Source: an uncultured euryarchaeote
Lineage (GTDB): Archaea; Thermoplasmatota; Poseidoniia; Poseidoniales; Poseidoniaceae
NCBI GenBank assembly: GCA_937899865.1
Contig: CALBRH010000001.1
Location: 32,001 to 96,000 of the forward strand
Reading direction: 5' to 3'
DNA: 64,000 nucleotides
Numbering within the stretch: position 1 is the stretch's first letter; every line of letters starts with the position of its first letter. Made by a program: the position numbers and the translations under genes. Below are positions 1 through 10,112 of this stretch, piece after piece. The notes beneath the pieces are model-generated. The model saw nothing but the letters and a program-made list of their open reading frames with translations, searched no databases and was not told the origin of the DNA.

Positions 1-2
1 TA

Positions 3-371
3 GGTAATTCAGGAATCATTAGGTTGTTGAATCACTTGGAGACCGAAGATACGGTTTCCAGTGCAAGTTTAAGAGCTGCACATTTCAAGGCAGTTGCCGC
101 AATATGGCGAGACGGTGAAATTCTAATCGGTGAAGGAATTTGCCCTGGTCACATCGCTCTTGAACCAATGGAAGGGTCTGGATTTGGGTTTGATCCAATT
201 TTCATTCCTTATGATTTAGATAAGGAATTACAACCGCTCAGTGCAGGTAATTATGGTGAACATAGCACTCATGGCAAAACCTTTGGTGGCGTAGACTTAG
301 TAACCAAGAACAAATTCAGTCATAGAACTAGAGCATTACAAAACTTGTTCAACCAATTGCCATCAGCATGA
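3..371 (+). CDS. rdgB: Non-canonical purine NTP pyrophosphatase (Ham1/RdgB family), 5'-truncated by the window edge
   Basis: Frame is open from base 3 (GNSGIIRLLNHL...). Carries the Ham1 motifs GFGFDPIF and KNKFSHRTRAL. Confidence 0.9.
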   Translation, partial: GNSGIIRLLNHLETEDTVSSASLRAAHFKAVAAIWRDGEILIGEGICPGHIALEPMEGSGFGFDPIFIPYDLDKELQPLSAGNYGEHSTHGKTFGGVDLVTKNKFSHRTRALQNLFNQLPSA

Positions 372-389
372 TAAATCAGAAGTAACTGG

Positions 390-1307
390 ATGAGGTTGAG
401 GGACATGGGTTTTCTACGTACACTCTGCGGACTTGTTGCCGTTAGTGCTGGTATATTCTATTTGACCTCAGCCTCTAACCTATCCGATAATGGAAAGTGG
501 TCACTTATTGGAATTACTTTTGTAGCCACATTTGGTTGGGTATTACTTGGTGGAAGAGGTGTTAAAACAGTTAGCAAAGTGACAAATCAAGAGGAAATAA
601 CTGTTGCATCAGAAGATGTTGTTGATTCTGAAGACGAAATAATATCCGATTCTGATATTCCATCGCCTGTTACTTCTGATGATTTGGATGGAGTCTCTCT
701 TAGAGAAAGAAAGTTGGCAAAAATCCAAGCTGCAAATCAAGCACAGGATGATTCAAATGTCCAAGATGAGGAAGCAGTCATTGAGGTTGAAGTGACTGTC
801 GAAAACTTTCATACAGCCGATGAATATGTTGTTGAAGTCAGCCCAGAATCAGTTGAAGATGCAGATATAGAAATGACAGTATCCAATCGTCGAGTAAAAC
901 ATCAAGAAATTCGAGAGCGAATTGAAAAACGAAGACGTAATCAATTAGCAGAAATTAGAGCCTCAACAGTTAGAATGTGGGAGCAATATAATGATGGCGA
1001 GGATATAGTTGCTTTGCTACAGACTCCAGATCATGGTTTGAACATTATAGATGAACCACAAAAACCAGCGGCAGGGCACGTATATGGTGCAACATTCATC
1101 CGTATTGGTGAAGAGGATATTCTAAAACTTCGAACACCTCTCGATTCAGGCTTTGAAGAAGTAGAAAAGAAAACCAAAATTCCAGAATTGCCGGGTCTTG
1201 ATGGAATGCCTTTACCACCTTTACCTGATGGAAATCTACCACTTCCACCATTGCCAAATGCGAGTGATGCATTAGCGGCAATGAAACTGCAAATGGATGA
1301 AGATTGA
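390..1307 (+). CDS. Hypothetical membrane-anchored protein: two N-terminal TM helices, acidic linker, Pro-rich C-terminus
   Basis: 305-aa ORF with two hydrophobic segments in aa 8-55, a D/E-rich middle and a PLPPLP repeat tail. Confidence 0.75.
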   Translation: MRLRDMGFLRTLCGLVAVSAGIFYLTSASNLSDNGKWSLIGITFVATFGWVLLGGRGVKTVSKVTNQEEITVASEDVVDSEDEIISDSDIPSPVTSDDLDGVSLRERKLAKIQAANQAQDDSNVQDEEAVIEVEVTVENFHTADEYVVEVSPESVEDADIEMTVSNRRVKHQEIRERIEKRRRNQLAEIRASTVRMWEQYNDGEDIVALLQTPDHGLNIIDEPQKPAAGHVYGATFIRIGEEDILKLRTPLDSGFEEVEKKTKIPELPGLDGMPLPPLPDGNLPLPPLPNASDALAAMKLQMDED

Positions 1308-1324
1308 TTTTTCTAAAGTAAATC

Positions 1325-2167
1325 TTACTTATCTTGCCATTTAGCTTTGTCTCTTTCCATAAATGCCCTTACGCCTTCTTCTTTGTCTTTGCTATCAAAT
1401 AAGTTAGCAAACTCTTCTGCTTCAATAGCGATTCCTTCATCAAGAGTATTGTTCAATGCTGCTTTTATTGTACGCTTAGCAGTTGCTAGAGTGAATACAG
1501 ATTTGCTGGCAATTTTTTGAGCCATGTCCATAGTAAATTGTTGTAATTCTTCTTCTGAACATACATGATTAACTAAACCAATTTTGTGTGCTTCTTGAGC
1601 GCTAATCATTTCTCCTGTCATTATCATTTCTAAGGTCTTGCCATAACCAATTAGTTTGGCCAAACGCTGAGTTGCACCATATCCAGGTATGAGCCCTAAG
1701 TTAATTTCTGGAGTGCCGAATTTTGATCGCTGTGAAGCGATTCTAATGTCACATGAACAAGCCACTTCACATCCTCCTCCAAGTGCGAAACCATCAACCA
1801 TTGCAATTGTTGGTTTAGTTAGTGACCACAATGCTTCAACTGCATTATCACTAAATTTCACCTTTGTAGTCTGACTATCCATCCCAACGAATTCAGAGAT
1901 GTCTGCTCCTGCAACGAAAGCATTTGGTTTGGGTCGCTTACCTTCTTCTGCAGGTAATGGTTTAGCACCAGTGATAATCACACATCTAATTTGATTATTG
2001 TTTTCCACCCAAGAACAAAAACTCTTCAAAGAATCCATAACTTCTGTGTTCAAAGCATTGAGTTTATTTGGTCGATTAATCGTTGCTAGTGCGATATATC
2101 CATTTACAGAATCATCAGATACTGGTATTTTTTCCACAGCCAAAACCGAGGTACTTGGGTCGTCCAT
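1325..2167 (-). CDS. Enoyl-CoA hydratase/isomerase (crotonase family)
   Basis: Motifs AFVAGADISE, GFALGGGCEVA and PEINLGLIPGYGATQRL. Start moved to ATG 2167 (MDDPST); the longer ORF-track start overlaps the divergent ABC gene. Confidence 0.92.
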   Translation of the reverse strand: MDDPSTSVLAVEKIPVSDDSVNGYIALATINRPNKLNALNTEVMDSLKSFCSWVENNNQIRCVIITGAKPLPAEEGKRPKPNAFVAGADISEFVGMDSQTTKVKFSDNAVEALWSLTKPTIAMVDGFALGGGCEVACSCDIRIASQRSKFGTPEINLGLIPGYGATQRLAKLIGYGKTLEMIMTGEMISAQEAHKIGLVNHVCSEEELQQFTMDMAQKIASKSVFTLATAKRTIKAALNNTLDEGIAIEAEEFANLFDSKDKEEGVRAFMERDKAKWQDK

Positions 2168-2252
2168 GTCAGTGCTAAAGCAATCAACTTGATGATTTAT
2201 CCTATTGTGGTTGAATCCAATAATACATAGAATAGAACAGTTACGAAGTATC

Positions 2253-3029
2253 ATGGGTGACAATCCGCCACTGGTCAAAGCAGTAGATATGGCGAAGAAA
2301 TACGGTGATTTTATCGCATTACATCCACTTAATGTTGAGGTTAATTCAGGAGAGTTTTTCGGTGTGTTTGGACCTAACGGCGCAGGTAAATCAACCTTCA
2401 TAAAACTGTTAACCGGGCAATTGAAACCAAGTAAAGGGCAAATTGAGGTGTTGGGAATAAATGCAATTAATTCACCTCAAAAAGTTAAAGCTAACATTGG
2501 TATTGTTCCAGAATCAGAATCTCCTCCTTCTTATTTGACTCCAGTGGAGTTCCTGCAGTTTGTTGCTAAACTAAGAGATATTGAAAATAGTGAATTTGAG
2601 GTAGAATATTGGATAGACTGGTTTGGTCTTGAAGAAAAAAGACATACCATGTGTAAGGATTTGTCAAAAGGTCAACGGCAGAAAGTGATGTTGGCATCAG
2701 CATTTATCCACAAGCCAAAACTACTATTCCTCGATGAACCATTTGCTAACTTGGATCCGATTTATCAACGAAAATGTCGAGAGTGGCTAATCGAACATGT
2801 TAGAAATGGAGGGACGATTTTTCTTTGCTCCCATGTATTAGAAATGGCTGAGAGAATGTGCAATCGCATGGCTATAATCAATGATGGAAAGGTCCTTGCA
2901 GCCGGCACGGTTAGAGGTTTGAAAAATAATTCAGATGAAACACTAGAAGATGTATTCATCCGTTTGGTTGGCAAATCTATCGAAGATGTAGAGAGACAGT
3001 TAGAACAAGAGGCAAAAGAGGAGGAGTAA
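2253..3029 (+). CDS. ABC transporter ATP-binding protein (drug/EcsA-like exporter)
   Basis: Walker A GPNGAGKST, signature LSKGQRQKV, Walker B LLFLDEP, H-loop SHVL. Likely start ATG 2253. Confidence 0.95.
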   Translation: MGDNPPLVKAVDMAKKYGDFIALHPLNVEVNSGEFFGVFGPNGAGKSTFIKLLTGQLKPSKGQIEVLGINAINSPQKVKANIGIVPESESPPSYLTPVEFLQFVAKLRDIENSEFEVEYWIDWFGLEEKRHTMCKDLSKGQRQKVMLASAFIHKPKLLFLDEPFANLDPIYQRKCREWLIEHVRNGGTIFLCSHVLEMAERMCNRMAIINDGKVLAAGTVRGLKNNSDETLEDVFIRLVGKSIEDVERQLEQEAKEEE

Positions 3030-3031
3030 TC

Positions 3032-4726
3032 TTGCCTGGAGCTCATATATCTTCCAGAGAATGGGATGAAATTGACAATTCTAATTCCATGACTAAGTTA
3101 GGAACTCATTCAGGAGGTCAAAAACTTCTAACGCCATTAAGGGGAATATCCTCGTTTAGAGCTACTTTTAATGTGATGTTCAAGGAAGAGTTTCGGAAAA
3201 ATGTCGAATTTGCTAAGGCAAGACAAATGATACTTTTTCCACTATTACTTTCCTTAGTTACTATGGTCTCAACTGTTGGCTTACAATTTTTAGTTGGGGA
3301 TTCAGCTGCTCAAACAAGCGATACAGATGTGAATAGTTTCACTTGGCAAGAACTGCGTTTTGCTCTTCACCTACCTCTTTTGGTGTTTAGTTTAGGAATG
3401 GGTACATTTGCCTTCATGGGCAGGGATGCTTTGGTTAGAAGAACAGCATCAAAAAATCATTTATTAGCATCACCAGCACTTCAGCCCTTGCCAAATTCAA
3501 TGGCACATTTTGCATATTTTGTCAAGGATTTAGTATTCTATGTATTGCTGATTTTATCACCAATTATTTTGGGGATGGGCCTTGGAAAAGGCTTGGATAC
3601 TTTTTTTGACATTAAGACTCCGTTAGAATATTCCAGTTTGCCTTGGACTTGGTTTGCAATGGTTGTTACTCTTGCGCAAGGATTGGTAATCTCTTTTCTT
3701 GCTTCTGCGCTATGGATGAGAGGTAGGCCTTTCACAATTTTTGGACCAATCGCAGTAGTTTTGATTGGTATTATTGTTGGCGTTGGCGTATTTGACATAG
3801 AAATGATTTTGATCGGATTACAAATTCAAACTAACAAAAATCTGTTACTCGGTATTGTTGGTTTTGCAATGTGCATTTTGCTTGGTTACCTATCTTCATT
3901 ATTGATAATTGACGATTTTGATGTAAGTGTTGTTGAAAAGGGAGACTTATTCAAACCAATTTATGCAAAACTATCATTCCTGGGTCGTGGAGAAATTAGG
4001 CTGATTGTTGCTAAAGAATTTGTAGATTTGTTTAGATCTGGTTCAATAAAGAAAATGGTAGTCTCCTATACAATACCTCTTGCAGTATTGCTTGGAATGG
4101 CTTGGTTAATTGATTTCGCAGAAGCACCTATTCCGATTAATTTACTTTCATATGCGCCATTCTTAGGGTTCTTCGGTTTCAATTTCTACTCCTGGTTAAC
4201 AATCTTGGATTCTCCAGAATTCATGAATGGATTGCCAGTGAGGGTGCCACAATTAATCCGTGCAAAGGTATTGGTATATTTTCTAATCACTTCATGGATC
4301 TCCTTGATATTCATTATTTTGATGGCTTGGAGATTAGATGAATGGGCATCTTTGCCTACTAGTATAGTGGTTATGTTTGCTAACTCGATTTACATAGTTG
4401 CACTAACCGCGTTTTTGATGGGCCTACGTCCAAACAAAGCAATTTTTGATGCTTCGATAATGATTTGGTTTTGGATAGGAACTGTTTTACCTCTTCTCGG
4501 GTTATTTTTGCTATCTTTCACACAAGGTGATGTTTCCCTTTATGGAAATTGGTGGGAGAGGGCTTCGCAAGACGGTTTGGCTGCTACAGCAGGCATGTAT
4601 GATGAGACAATGGTAAGGCAAGGTTATGTGGGTATGCTGGTAATTTCTGGCTTCTTGTTATTCGCTTCAGCTGTATTATGGAAACTGATGGATAGGCGTT
4701 GGGGGGCAGCAGAATTTAGCAACTAA
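3032..4726 (+). CDS. ABC exporter permease (multi-pass membrane protein)
   Basis: Roughly 12 hydrophobic segments. Starts 2 bp after the ABC ATPase stop. Two halves begin with similar KEEFRK and KEFVDL motifs. Confidence 0.8.
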   Translation: MPGAHISSREWDEIDNSNSMTKLGTHSGGQKLLTPLRGISSFRATFNVMFKEEFRKNVEFAKARQMILFPLLLSLVTMVSTVGLQFLVGDSAAQTSDTDVNSFTWQELRFALHLPLLVFSLGMGTFAFMGRDALVRRTASKNHLLASPALQPLPNSMAHFAYFVKDLVFYVLLILSPIILGMGLGKGLDTFFDIKTPLEYSSLPWTWFAMVVTLAQGLVISFLASALWMRGRPFTIFGPIAVVLIGIIVGVGVFDIEMILIGLQIQTNKNLLLGIVGFAMCILLGYLSSLLIIDDFDVSVVEKGDLFKPIYAKLSFLGRGEIRLIVAKEFVDLFRSGSIKKMVVSYTIPLAVLLGMAWLIDFAEAPIPINLLSYAPFLGFFGFNFYSWLTILDSPEFMNGLPVRVPQLIRAKVLVYFLITSWISLIFIILMAWRLDEWASLPTSIVVMFANSIYIVALTAFLMGLRPNKAIFDASIMIWFWIGTVLPLLGLFLLSFTQGDVSLYGNWWERASQDGLAATAGMYDETMVRQGYVGMLVISGFLLFASAVLWKLMDRRWGAAEFSN

Positions 4727-4798
4727 TTCAATATGCATTATTTATTATTCAATATGAATAATAGTTACTTTGATTTGCTGCCATTTATACGATTCGAC

Positions 4799-5359
4799 AT
4801 GCCTCATGCAGTAGCAGTGTGTGGAATGCCCGGTTCTGGCAAGGGTGAGTTTGCCCAAATTTTGGCTGGCCAAGGAATTCCAGTAAGGTCTATGGGCGAT
4901 ATGATTCGTGCCGAAGTAAAATCCAGAGGGATGGAAGGCAGCCCCAATGTATACGGAGAAGTTGCAGCTGATTTACGTGCTGAGTTTGGGGAAGATGTTC
5001 TTGCAAAACGACTTGCAGATGAGGTGTCTGAATTACTGAAGACCAATCCAATTGTATTGATTGAAGGTATGCGTGGGACTGCAGAATATGAAATATTTAG
5101 TTCAAGATGGAGTCCTAATTTTAGTAGCGTAGCAATCACAGCAAATCAGGAGATAAGATTCCAAAGAACACAATCAAGAGGTCGCCCAGAAGATGGAGAT
5201 CGTGAACAATTTCAGATTAGAGAAGAAAGAGAGGCAGGATGGGGGCTATATTCATTGATTGAAAATGCAGATTTTGAGATCAAAAATGAATCGAGCTTGG
5301 AAGATTTAGTTTTATTGACTAATAATTGGCTCGCCAAGTTTACAAAAAATAAATCTTGA
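4799..5359 (+). CDS. P-loop nucleotide kinase, UPF0200/archaeal dephospho-CoA-kinase-like
   Basis: N-terminal VCGMPGSGKG, SMGDMIRAE, IEGMR and RGRPED motifs. Start set at ATG 4799. Confidence 0.8.
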   Translation: MPHAVAVCGMPGSGKGEFAQILAGQGIPVRSMGDMIRAEVKSRGMEGSPNVYGEVAADLRAEFGEDVLAKRLADEVSELLKTNPIVLIEGMRGTAEYEIFSSRWSPNFSSVAITANQEIRFQRTQSRGRPEDGDREQFQIREEREAGWGLYSLIENADFEIKNESSLEDLVLLTNNWLAKFTKNKS

Positions 5360-5463
5360 AACAATGAATTTGCGGTTAGTGTGGCTATTTTTGCCCATTG
5401 ATTCACCCAAGTGTTATAGTTATCCAATGCATGTCATCAAGTGCATCGGCAGGGGGTAATGGT

Positions 5464-6996
5464 ATGGCGAGAAAGCGTGGGAAGCGCGGAGATTCGAAAA
5501 AACGGCAGCGTGCACGTCAACGCGCACAGTATGATGAACTGGACAAATATCCCGTAATGCCACCCCATGCATTCGCTCGAATTGTACGTGATAGAGCAAC
5601 ACTAAACATCATTTATCAAATCATTGAACCACCTATGACTAAGAAAGAACAACAATATCGTGAAGAAATAATGGATATATTCATTCGTTCGTTGACAGCA
5701 AACATCGATGAGATAGACGCTAATCCCGAAGCATATCTTAGAACTGCCATGGACAAAGTAATCAAATCCTATGGTATGAAAATCAATAAAAAATCAAAAT
5801 CAAAGATTTTTTACTATTTACGAAGAGATCTAATCGGCTATGGCGACATGGATGTTTTGATGAATGATGCTAACGTTGAAGATATTTCACTTGATGGTAC
5901 TAATATACCGATATTTGCTTACCATAGAAAATTTGAATCCGTAGAAACGACTTGTATTTGGGAAACTGATGATGAATTGGAATCTTATGTAATTAAGTTG
6001 GCTCAAAGATGTGGTAAGCACATATCAGTTGCAGATCCACTTCTGGATGCAACTCTGATGGATGGTTCAAGAATCGTTATGAAGCTTGGACACGAAGTTT
6101 CAACTAGAGGGTCTTCATTTTGTATTAGAAGATTCAAAGATGACCCGTTCTCTCCAGCAGATATCATTGCATTTAGAACAATGTCTTCTCTAATGGTTTC
6201 CTATCTTTGGATCGCTTTCCAAAATGAAGTGCCGATGTTGTTTGTCGGTGGTACTGCATCAGGTAAAACAACAACTTTGAACGCAATGTGTATTTTTATT
6301 CCGTGGCAGATGAAGATTGTTTCAATTGAATCTACTAGAGAGGTAAATATTCCTCAACCAAACTGGGTTCCTGGTTTGACTCGACAAGGTTTTGGTGGTG
6401 AATCTACAGAAGGTGTAATTGGTGAGTTCGAATTATTGAAAGCGGCATTAAGAGAGCGTCCAGAATATATTATTGTAGGTGAAATTCGTGGTGCAGAAGC
6501 TTATGTTCTATTCCAAGCTATGGCAACAGGTCACTGTGCATATTCTACCGTTCACGCAGATTCAGTACCTTCTCTTGTTCATCGATTAGAGAACAAACCA
6601 ATTGACATTCCACGTGTACTGTTGCCGGCACTTGAAGCCTGTTCAATTCAGATTCAAACTAGAATTAATGGTAAGCGTGTTCGTAGAACTAAGCAATTAG
6701 TTGAAATTGTTGGTATCGATCCTAACTCGTTGGAAGTGATTACCAATGAAGTGTTCCGCTGGGATGTGACCTCAGATGACTTCATTTTCAGCGGGAAATC
6801 ATATGTTTTAGAGAAGATTATGGTTAAGTTGAATTATTCACAAGATGACATGCGTAGAGAACTAAGAACTCGAAAGAGAATTCTAGAATGGATGGTTCTT
6901 AACGATATTAGGAAGGCTGATCAAGTATCACAAATCGTTACAGAATATTATGTACGTCCAAATGAGATTCTGGCTCGTGTTGACGGTCTGCGTTGA
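5464..6996 (+). CDS. Type II/IV secretion (pilus assembly) ATPase, FlaI/TadA/VirB11 family
   Basis: Walker A GGTASGKTT, Walker B LRERPEYIIVGEIRG, and TGH...STVHA His box. Start at ATG 5464 follows a GGGGGT SD-like motif. Confidence 0.95.
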   Translation: MARKRGKRGDSKKRQRARQRAQYDELDKYPVMPPHAFARIVRDRATLNIIYQIIEPPMTKKEQQYREEIMDIFIRSLTANIDEIDANPEAYLRTAMDKVIKSYGMKINKKSKSKIFYYLRRDLIGYGDMDVLMNDANVEDISLDGTNIPIFAYHRKFESVETTCIWETDDELESYVIKLAQRCGKHISVADPLLDATLMDGSRIVMKLGHEVSTRGSSFCIRRFKDDPFSPADIIAFRTMSSLMVSYLWIAFQNEVPMLFVGGTASGKTTTLNAMCIFIPWQMKIVSIESTREVNIPQPNWVPGLTRQGFGGESTEGVIGEFELLKAALRERPEYIIVGEIRGAEAYVLFQAMATGHCAYSTVHADSVPSLVHRLENKPIDIPRVLLPALEACSIQIQTRINGKRVRRTKQLVEIVGIDPNSLEVITNEVFRWDVTSDDFIFSGKSYVLEKIMVKLNYSQDDMRRELRTRKRILEWMVLNDIRKADQVSQIVTEYYVRPNEILARVDGLR

Positions 6997-7010
6997 TAGG
7001 GAGGATTTAG

Positions 7011-8030
7011 ATGGAGCTAACCGCTTGGCAAAGATTCTGTAATAGAATCCTTGGTAGAATTCTAAAAAAGCGTGCGCGTAGAGACACTGCTCTCTCAGAG
7101 AATCTTGTCAAAAGTTCGATGGGAGTAATGCCTGAAGTTTACTTGTCGACAGTAATCTTCACATCATTTGCAATTGCTCTAGTATGTTGGGGAATAATTG
7201 GTATTTTCTTCTTACCTGAGGTTGGTGTGATTGCATTTTGGGAAAGTCTACAAGATCCAGCAAGTATCAACCCTTGTCTTGATTGGGAGTATTGGGAGCC
7301 TGAACTTGTCGATAAATCAAAGCCCGGTAATGGCTGCCCTGAATATGCAACAAGAGTATTTCCTGCTCCAATCAAAATATTTATTTTAGTAGCATTAGGT
7401 GCAATTGCTCCTTATTCAGGTTTTTTACTTGTCCGTAGTAGTGCAAAGCGTGAAGCAGATCGCAGAGGCGCTCAAATTGAGAAATATCTGCCATATGCAT
7501 CATCATACACAGCAGCTATGTCAGCAGCCAATGCAACACCAGCCAAAATTTTCCGTTCACTGGCTATGAATAAAGACATTTATGGAGAAGTATCAGAGGA
7601 TGCAGGTCTTATTTATCGAGATGTAACATTATTAGGTTATGATTTAATTACCGCGATTAAACTAAGTGTAGATCGTGCAGCATCAGTTTGGTTGACAGAG
7701 TTCTTCCAAGGTATGGTAGGTACTCTCACTTCTGGAGGTCATTTGAAGTTGTATTTCTTGAATCGTGCAGAACACTACATGAGAGAAAATAGAACAAGAT
7801 TACAACAATTCCTTGAAACTATTGCATTGCTCGCAGAATCCTATATTGTAGTTGCCGTAGCAATGCCTCTATTTTTGATTGTAATGTTAGTAATTATGTT
7901 CTGGGTTTCAGGTTCAGGTGCTCAGATGTCAGAAGGGATGTTATATGGTATTGTTCTTGGTTTTATCCCAATGATCCATGTTGCTTATTCTGTCTTGGTT
8001 TATACTAGCAGTAAGGAACAGGAGATGTGA
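7011..8030 (+). CDS. Type II secretion system F (TadC/FlaJ-like) pilus platform protein
   Basis: IEKYLPYA..Y..AM motif, YGEVSE, and C-terminal LETIALLAESY plus TM helices. Follows the ATPase with a GGAGG SD. Confidence 0.88.
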   Translation: MELTAWQRFCNRILGRILKKRARRDTALSENLVKSSMGVMPEVYLSTVIFTSFAIALVCWGIIGIFFLPEVGVIAFWESLQDPASINPCLDWEYWEPELVDKSKPGNGCPEYATRVFPAPIKIFILVALGAIAPYSGFLLVRSSAKREADRRGAQIEKYLPYASSYTAAMSAANATPAKIFRSLAMNKDIYGEVSEDAGLIYRDVTLLGYDLITAIKLSVDRAASVWLTEFFQGMVGTLTSGGHLKLYFLNRAEHYMRENRTRLQQFLETIALLAESYIVVAVAMPLFLIVMLVIMFWVSGSGAQMSEGMLYGIVLGFIPMIHVAYSVLVYTSSKEQEM

Positions 8031-8039
8031 GTTGATATT

Positions 8040-9659
8040 ATGGCTAGGAAGAAAAAGAAAAAACTAGTTGTAGAACTAGATCTTCCCAAAGATGATACAA
8101 CGTTAAAGAAACTTTACATTATCATATTTTTCTCTATAATTCTTGGTCTATCTTCCGGAATAATGTGGGTAACAAATTCTGGATTTATTCCAACTGCTAA
8201 TGGCGAGCCAATGTTTACTAATGTTTACTGTGGGGCAACAGCTCAAGATGACATTGGAACAGACTTCGCTGCAGAATTTAGTGGCAATGTAAAACCTTCA
8301 TATCAAGCCAATGAATCATGTGCAATTCTAAAAGATAATCCAGACAAATTGGAATGGTCTGAACAGCCATGGAAAAACATTGTTTCCCGAGCAAAAAAGT
8401 TTGATGTCCCTGGCATGTCTGAACAGTTCAAGGGCGATGTTGTTGTTGAACAGCCTTTGTCACTTTCATGTAGTGTTGAAGCAGCCACTCCCACAGAATA
8501 CACTGTGGTAATTAGAGATCCAGATCTAAATGTATTGCCAGGCGGTTCATTCACTGGAACTACAGGTAAAGCAAGTGATGTTTGTAATATTGAAATCGAG
8601 GACATAGCACCGGATAATAGATATGAGGTCGCTATTTTCTCGAATGAAGAAGGTAAGAGATTAAGTTCTGCTCAATTTGACCTCACTTTAGATTTCTATG
8701 ACGGTATTCCAACTAATATGAATAATAAATCATTTTGGATTGGTCCTAAAGTAGAACTTGGCCCATTTGATTTTAGGCCAATGATATTCTTGAATTTCTT
8801 TGGCTTAACCTTCTTCTTTTTACTATATCCAGCTTCATTTTATTGGGAAAAGGTCGAAAAAAGAAAGAATGAAATTGAAGAAAAATTCCCTGATTTCTTA
8901 AGAGATATGGCAGAATATTGGAAAGGTGGTCTTTCCATGACGGTTGCTGTTCAAACTTTAGTAAAATCAGAATATGGGGCATTAAATGATGAAGTAAAGA
9001 AAATGTCAGATCAACTTAGTTGGGGAATCAAATTTAGTGATGTTATCAAGCAGTTTTCTGAGCGAGTCGGCACTCCATTAGTCAAGCGTGCAATTACCCT
9101 AATTGCTGAAGCAGATAGAGCGGGTGGTAAAATATCAGATATTTTGGTTACTGCTGCTAATGATTCACGTGAAATCAAGTTCTTAGAAGGTGAGAGAAGT
9201 CGTGCAATTGGCTCGTACATTGCGGTTATTTGGACTTCATACTTCGTTTTCTTGGGTGTAATTACTTTGCTTGGTAGAATCTTTATTCCTGCTATCGCAT
9301 CATCAAACACAGGAGGAGAAGGTGGCGATTCTGGTGGTGCAAACATAGGTAACATGTCAATTAGAGCAATTGATCCATTGTTTTTCGTAACCGTGTTTTA
9401 CTATGGTGTTACAATGCAAGCCATTGGTAATGGTTCGATGGCAGGTTTGATGCAAAATGGTCGCTTTTCTGCAGGTTTCAAACATTCAGGCATGATGATT
9501 ATTGTAGCTCTAATTGCATTTAATTTGTTGGTGTTTAGTCCAAATTTGATTGGTGAATCAAGTTATGCTTTCTCTCAATTAATAGTCACTGGTGATTCAA
9601 CATACCATATCGGCTTGAATCCATCTGGCGGAGTATATGCTCCTTCACCAATAATTTGA
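8040..9659 (+). CDS. Type II secretion system F (TadC-like) platform protein with a large extracellular insertion
   Basis: C-terminal half has IEEKFPDFLRDMAE..KGG, YGALNDEVKK and GGKISDIL (T2SSF domain). About 190 aa of soluble sequence lies between TM1 and TM2. Confidence 0.88.
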   Translation: MARKKKKKLVVELDLPKDDTTLKKLYIIIFFSIILGLSSGIMWVTNSGFIPTANGEPMFTNVYCGATAQDDIGTDFAAEFSGNVKPSYQANESCAILKDNPDKLEWSEQPWKNIVSRAKKFDVPGMSEQFKGDVVVEQPLSLSCSVEAATPTEYTVVIRDPDLNVLPGGSFTGTTGKASDVCNIEIEDIAPDNRYEVAIFSNEEGKRLSSAQFDLTLDFYDGIPTNMNNKSFWIGPKVELGPFDFRPMIFLNFFGLTFFFLLYPASFYWEKVEKRKNEIEEKFPDFLRDMAEYWKGGLSMTVAVQTLVKSEYGALNDEVKKMSDQLSWGIKFSDVIKQFSERVGTPLVKRAITLIAEADRAGGKISDILVTAANDSREIKFLEGERSRAIGSYIAVIWTSYFVFLGVITLLGRIFIPAIASSNTGGEGGDSGGANIGNMSIRAIDPLFFVTVFYYGVTMQAIGNGSMAGLMQNGRFSAGFKHSGMMIIVALIAFNLLVFSPNLIGESSYAFSQLIVTGDSTYHIGLNPSGGVYAPSPII

Positions 9660-9671
9660 GGAGATGATTTC

Positions 9672-10112
9672 CTGCGTGACGAAGAGGGCGCCCAAATTCA
9701 CATCCTCGAGATGCTTACATTGTTTTGGCTATTTTTTATGTCAGCAACTTTTCTAATTAGAATTGATGTCCCTGATTCTCGCTCAGTTGCTCATGATGCT
9801 AGCCTTGAGGCAGCCGGAGAATCAGTTTTGCAATATGGTTTGGGTTTAGATGCAGAGGTAACTGGCGAAAATCGTCTGACAGAGTTGTTGTCTCAATCTG
9901 ATTATGATGGTGCATGTACATTACTTCAAGATGCACTAATGTCAGGTAAAGAAGCTAATTGTTGGTTAGCAAAGAATAGTGCAACATCTAATCCATACGG
10001 ATTGGTTGGTACACCATCGGGAAATACAGTAACAGTCCATCAATTAGTGACAGTTGATGAAAATGTTTGGACAATCAGTTTAACTTTGTGGAATATAGGA
10101 GGTGGCGCTTAA
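9672..10112 (+). CDS. Pilin-like protein with class III signal peptide (probable CTG start)
   Basis: Reading upstream of ATG 9711 in frame gives (M)RDEEGA|QIHILEMLTLFWLFF, resembling the archaeal G|QxHxLE pilin-like N-terminus. GAGGAG lies 8 nt before CTG 9672. Confidence 0.65.
   Translation: MRDEEGAQIHILEMLTLFWLFFMSATFLIRIDVPDSRSVAHDASLEAAGESVLQYGLGLDAEVTGENRLTELLSQSDYDGACTLLQDALMSGKEANCWLAKNSATSNPYGLVGTPSGNTVTVHQLVTVDENVWTISLTLWNIGGGA

Noticed and set aside
2168-2401. N-terminal extension of the enoyl-CoA hydratase given by the ORF track
   Set aside because: It is antisense to the ABC ATPase Walker A region. Crotonase homology starts near Met 2167.
2541-2550. TCCAGTGGA ORB-like word inside the ABC ATPase gene
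   Set aside because: Isolated short match with no G-string, AT-rich tract or neighbouring motifs, so probably chance.
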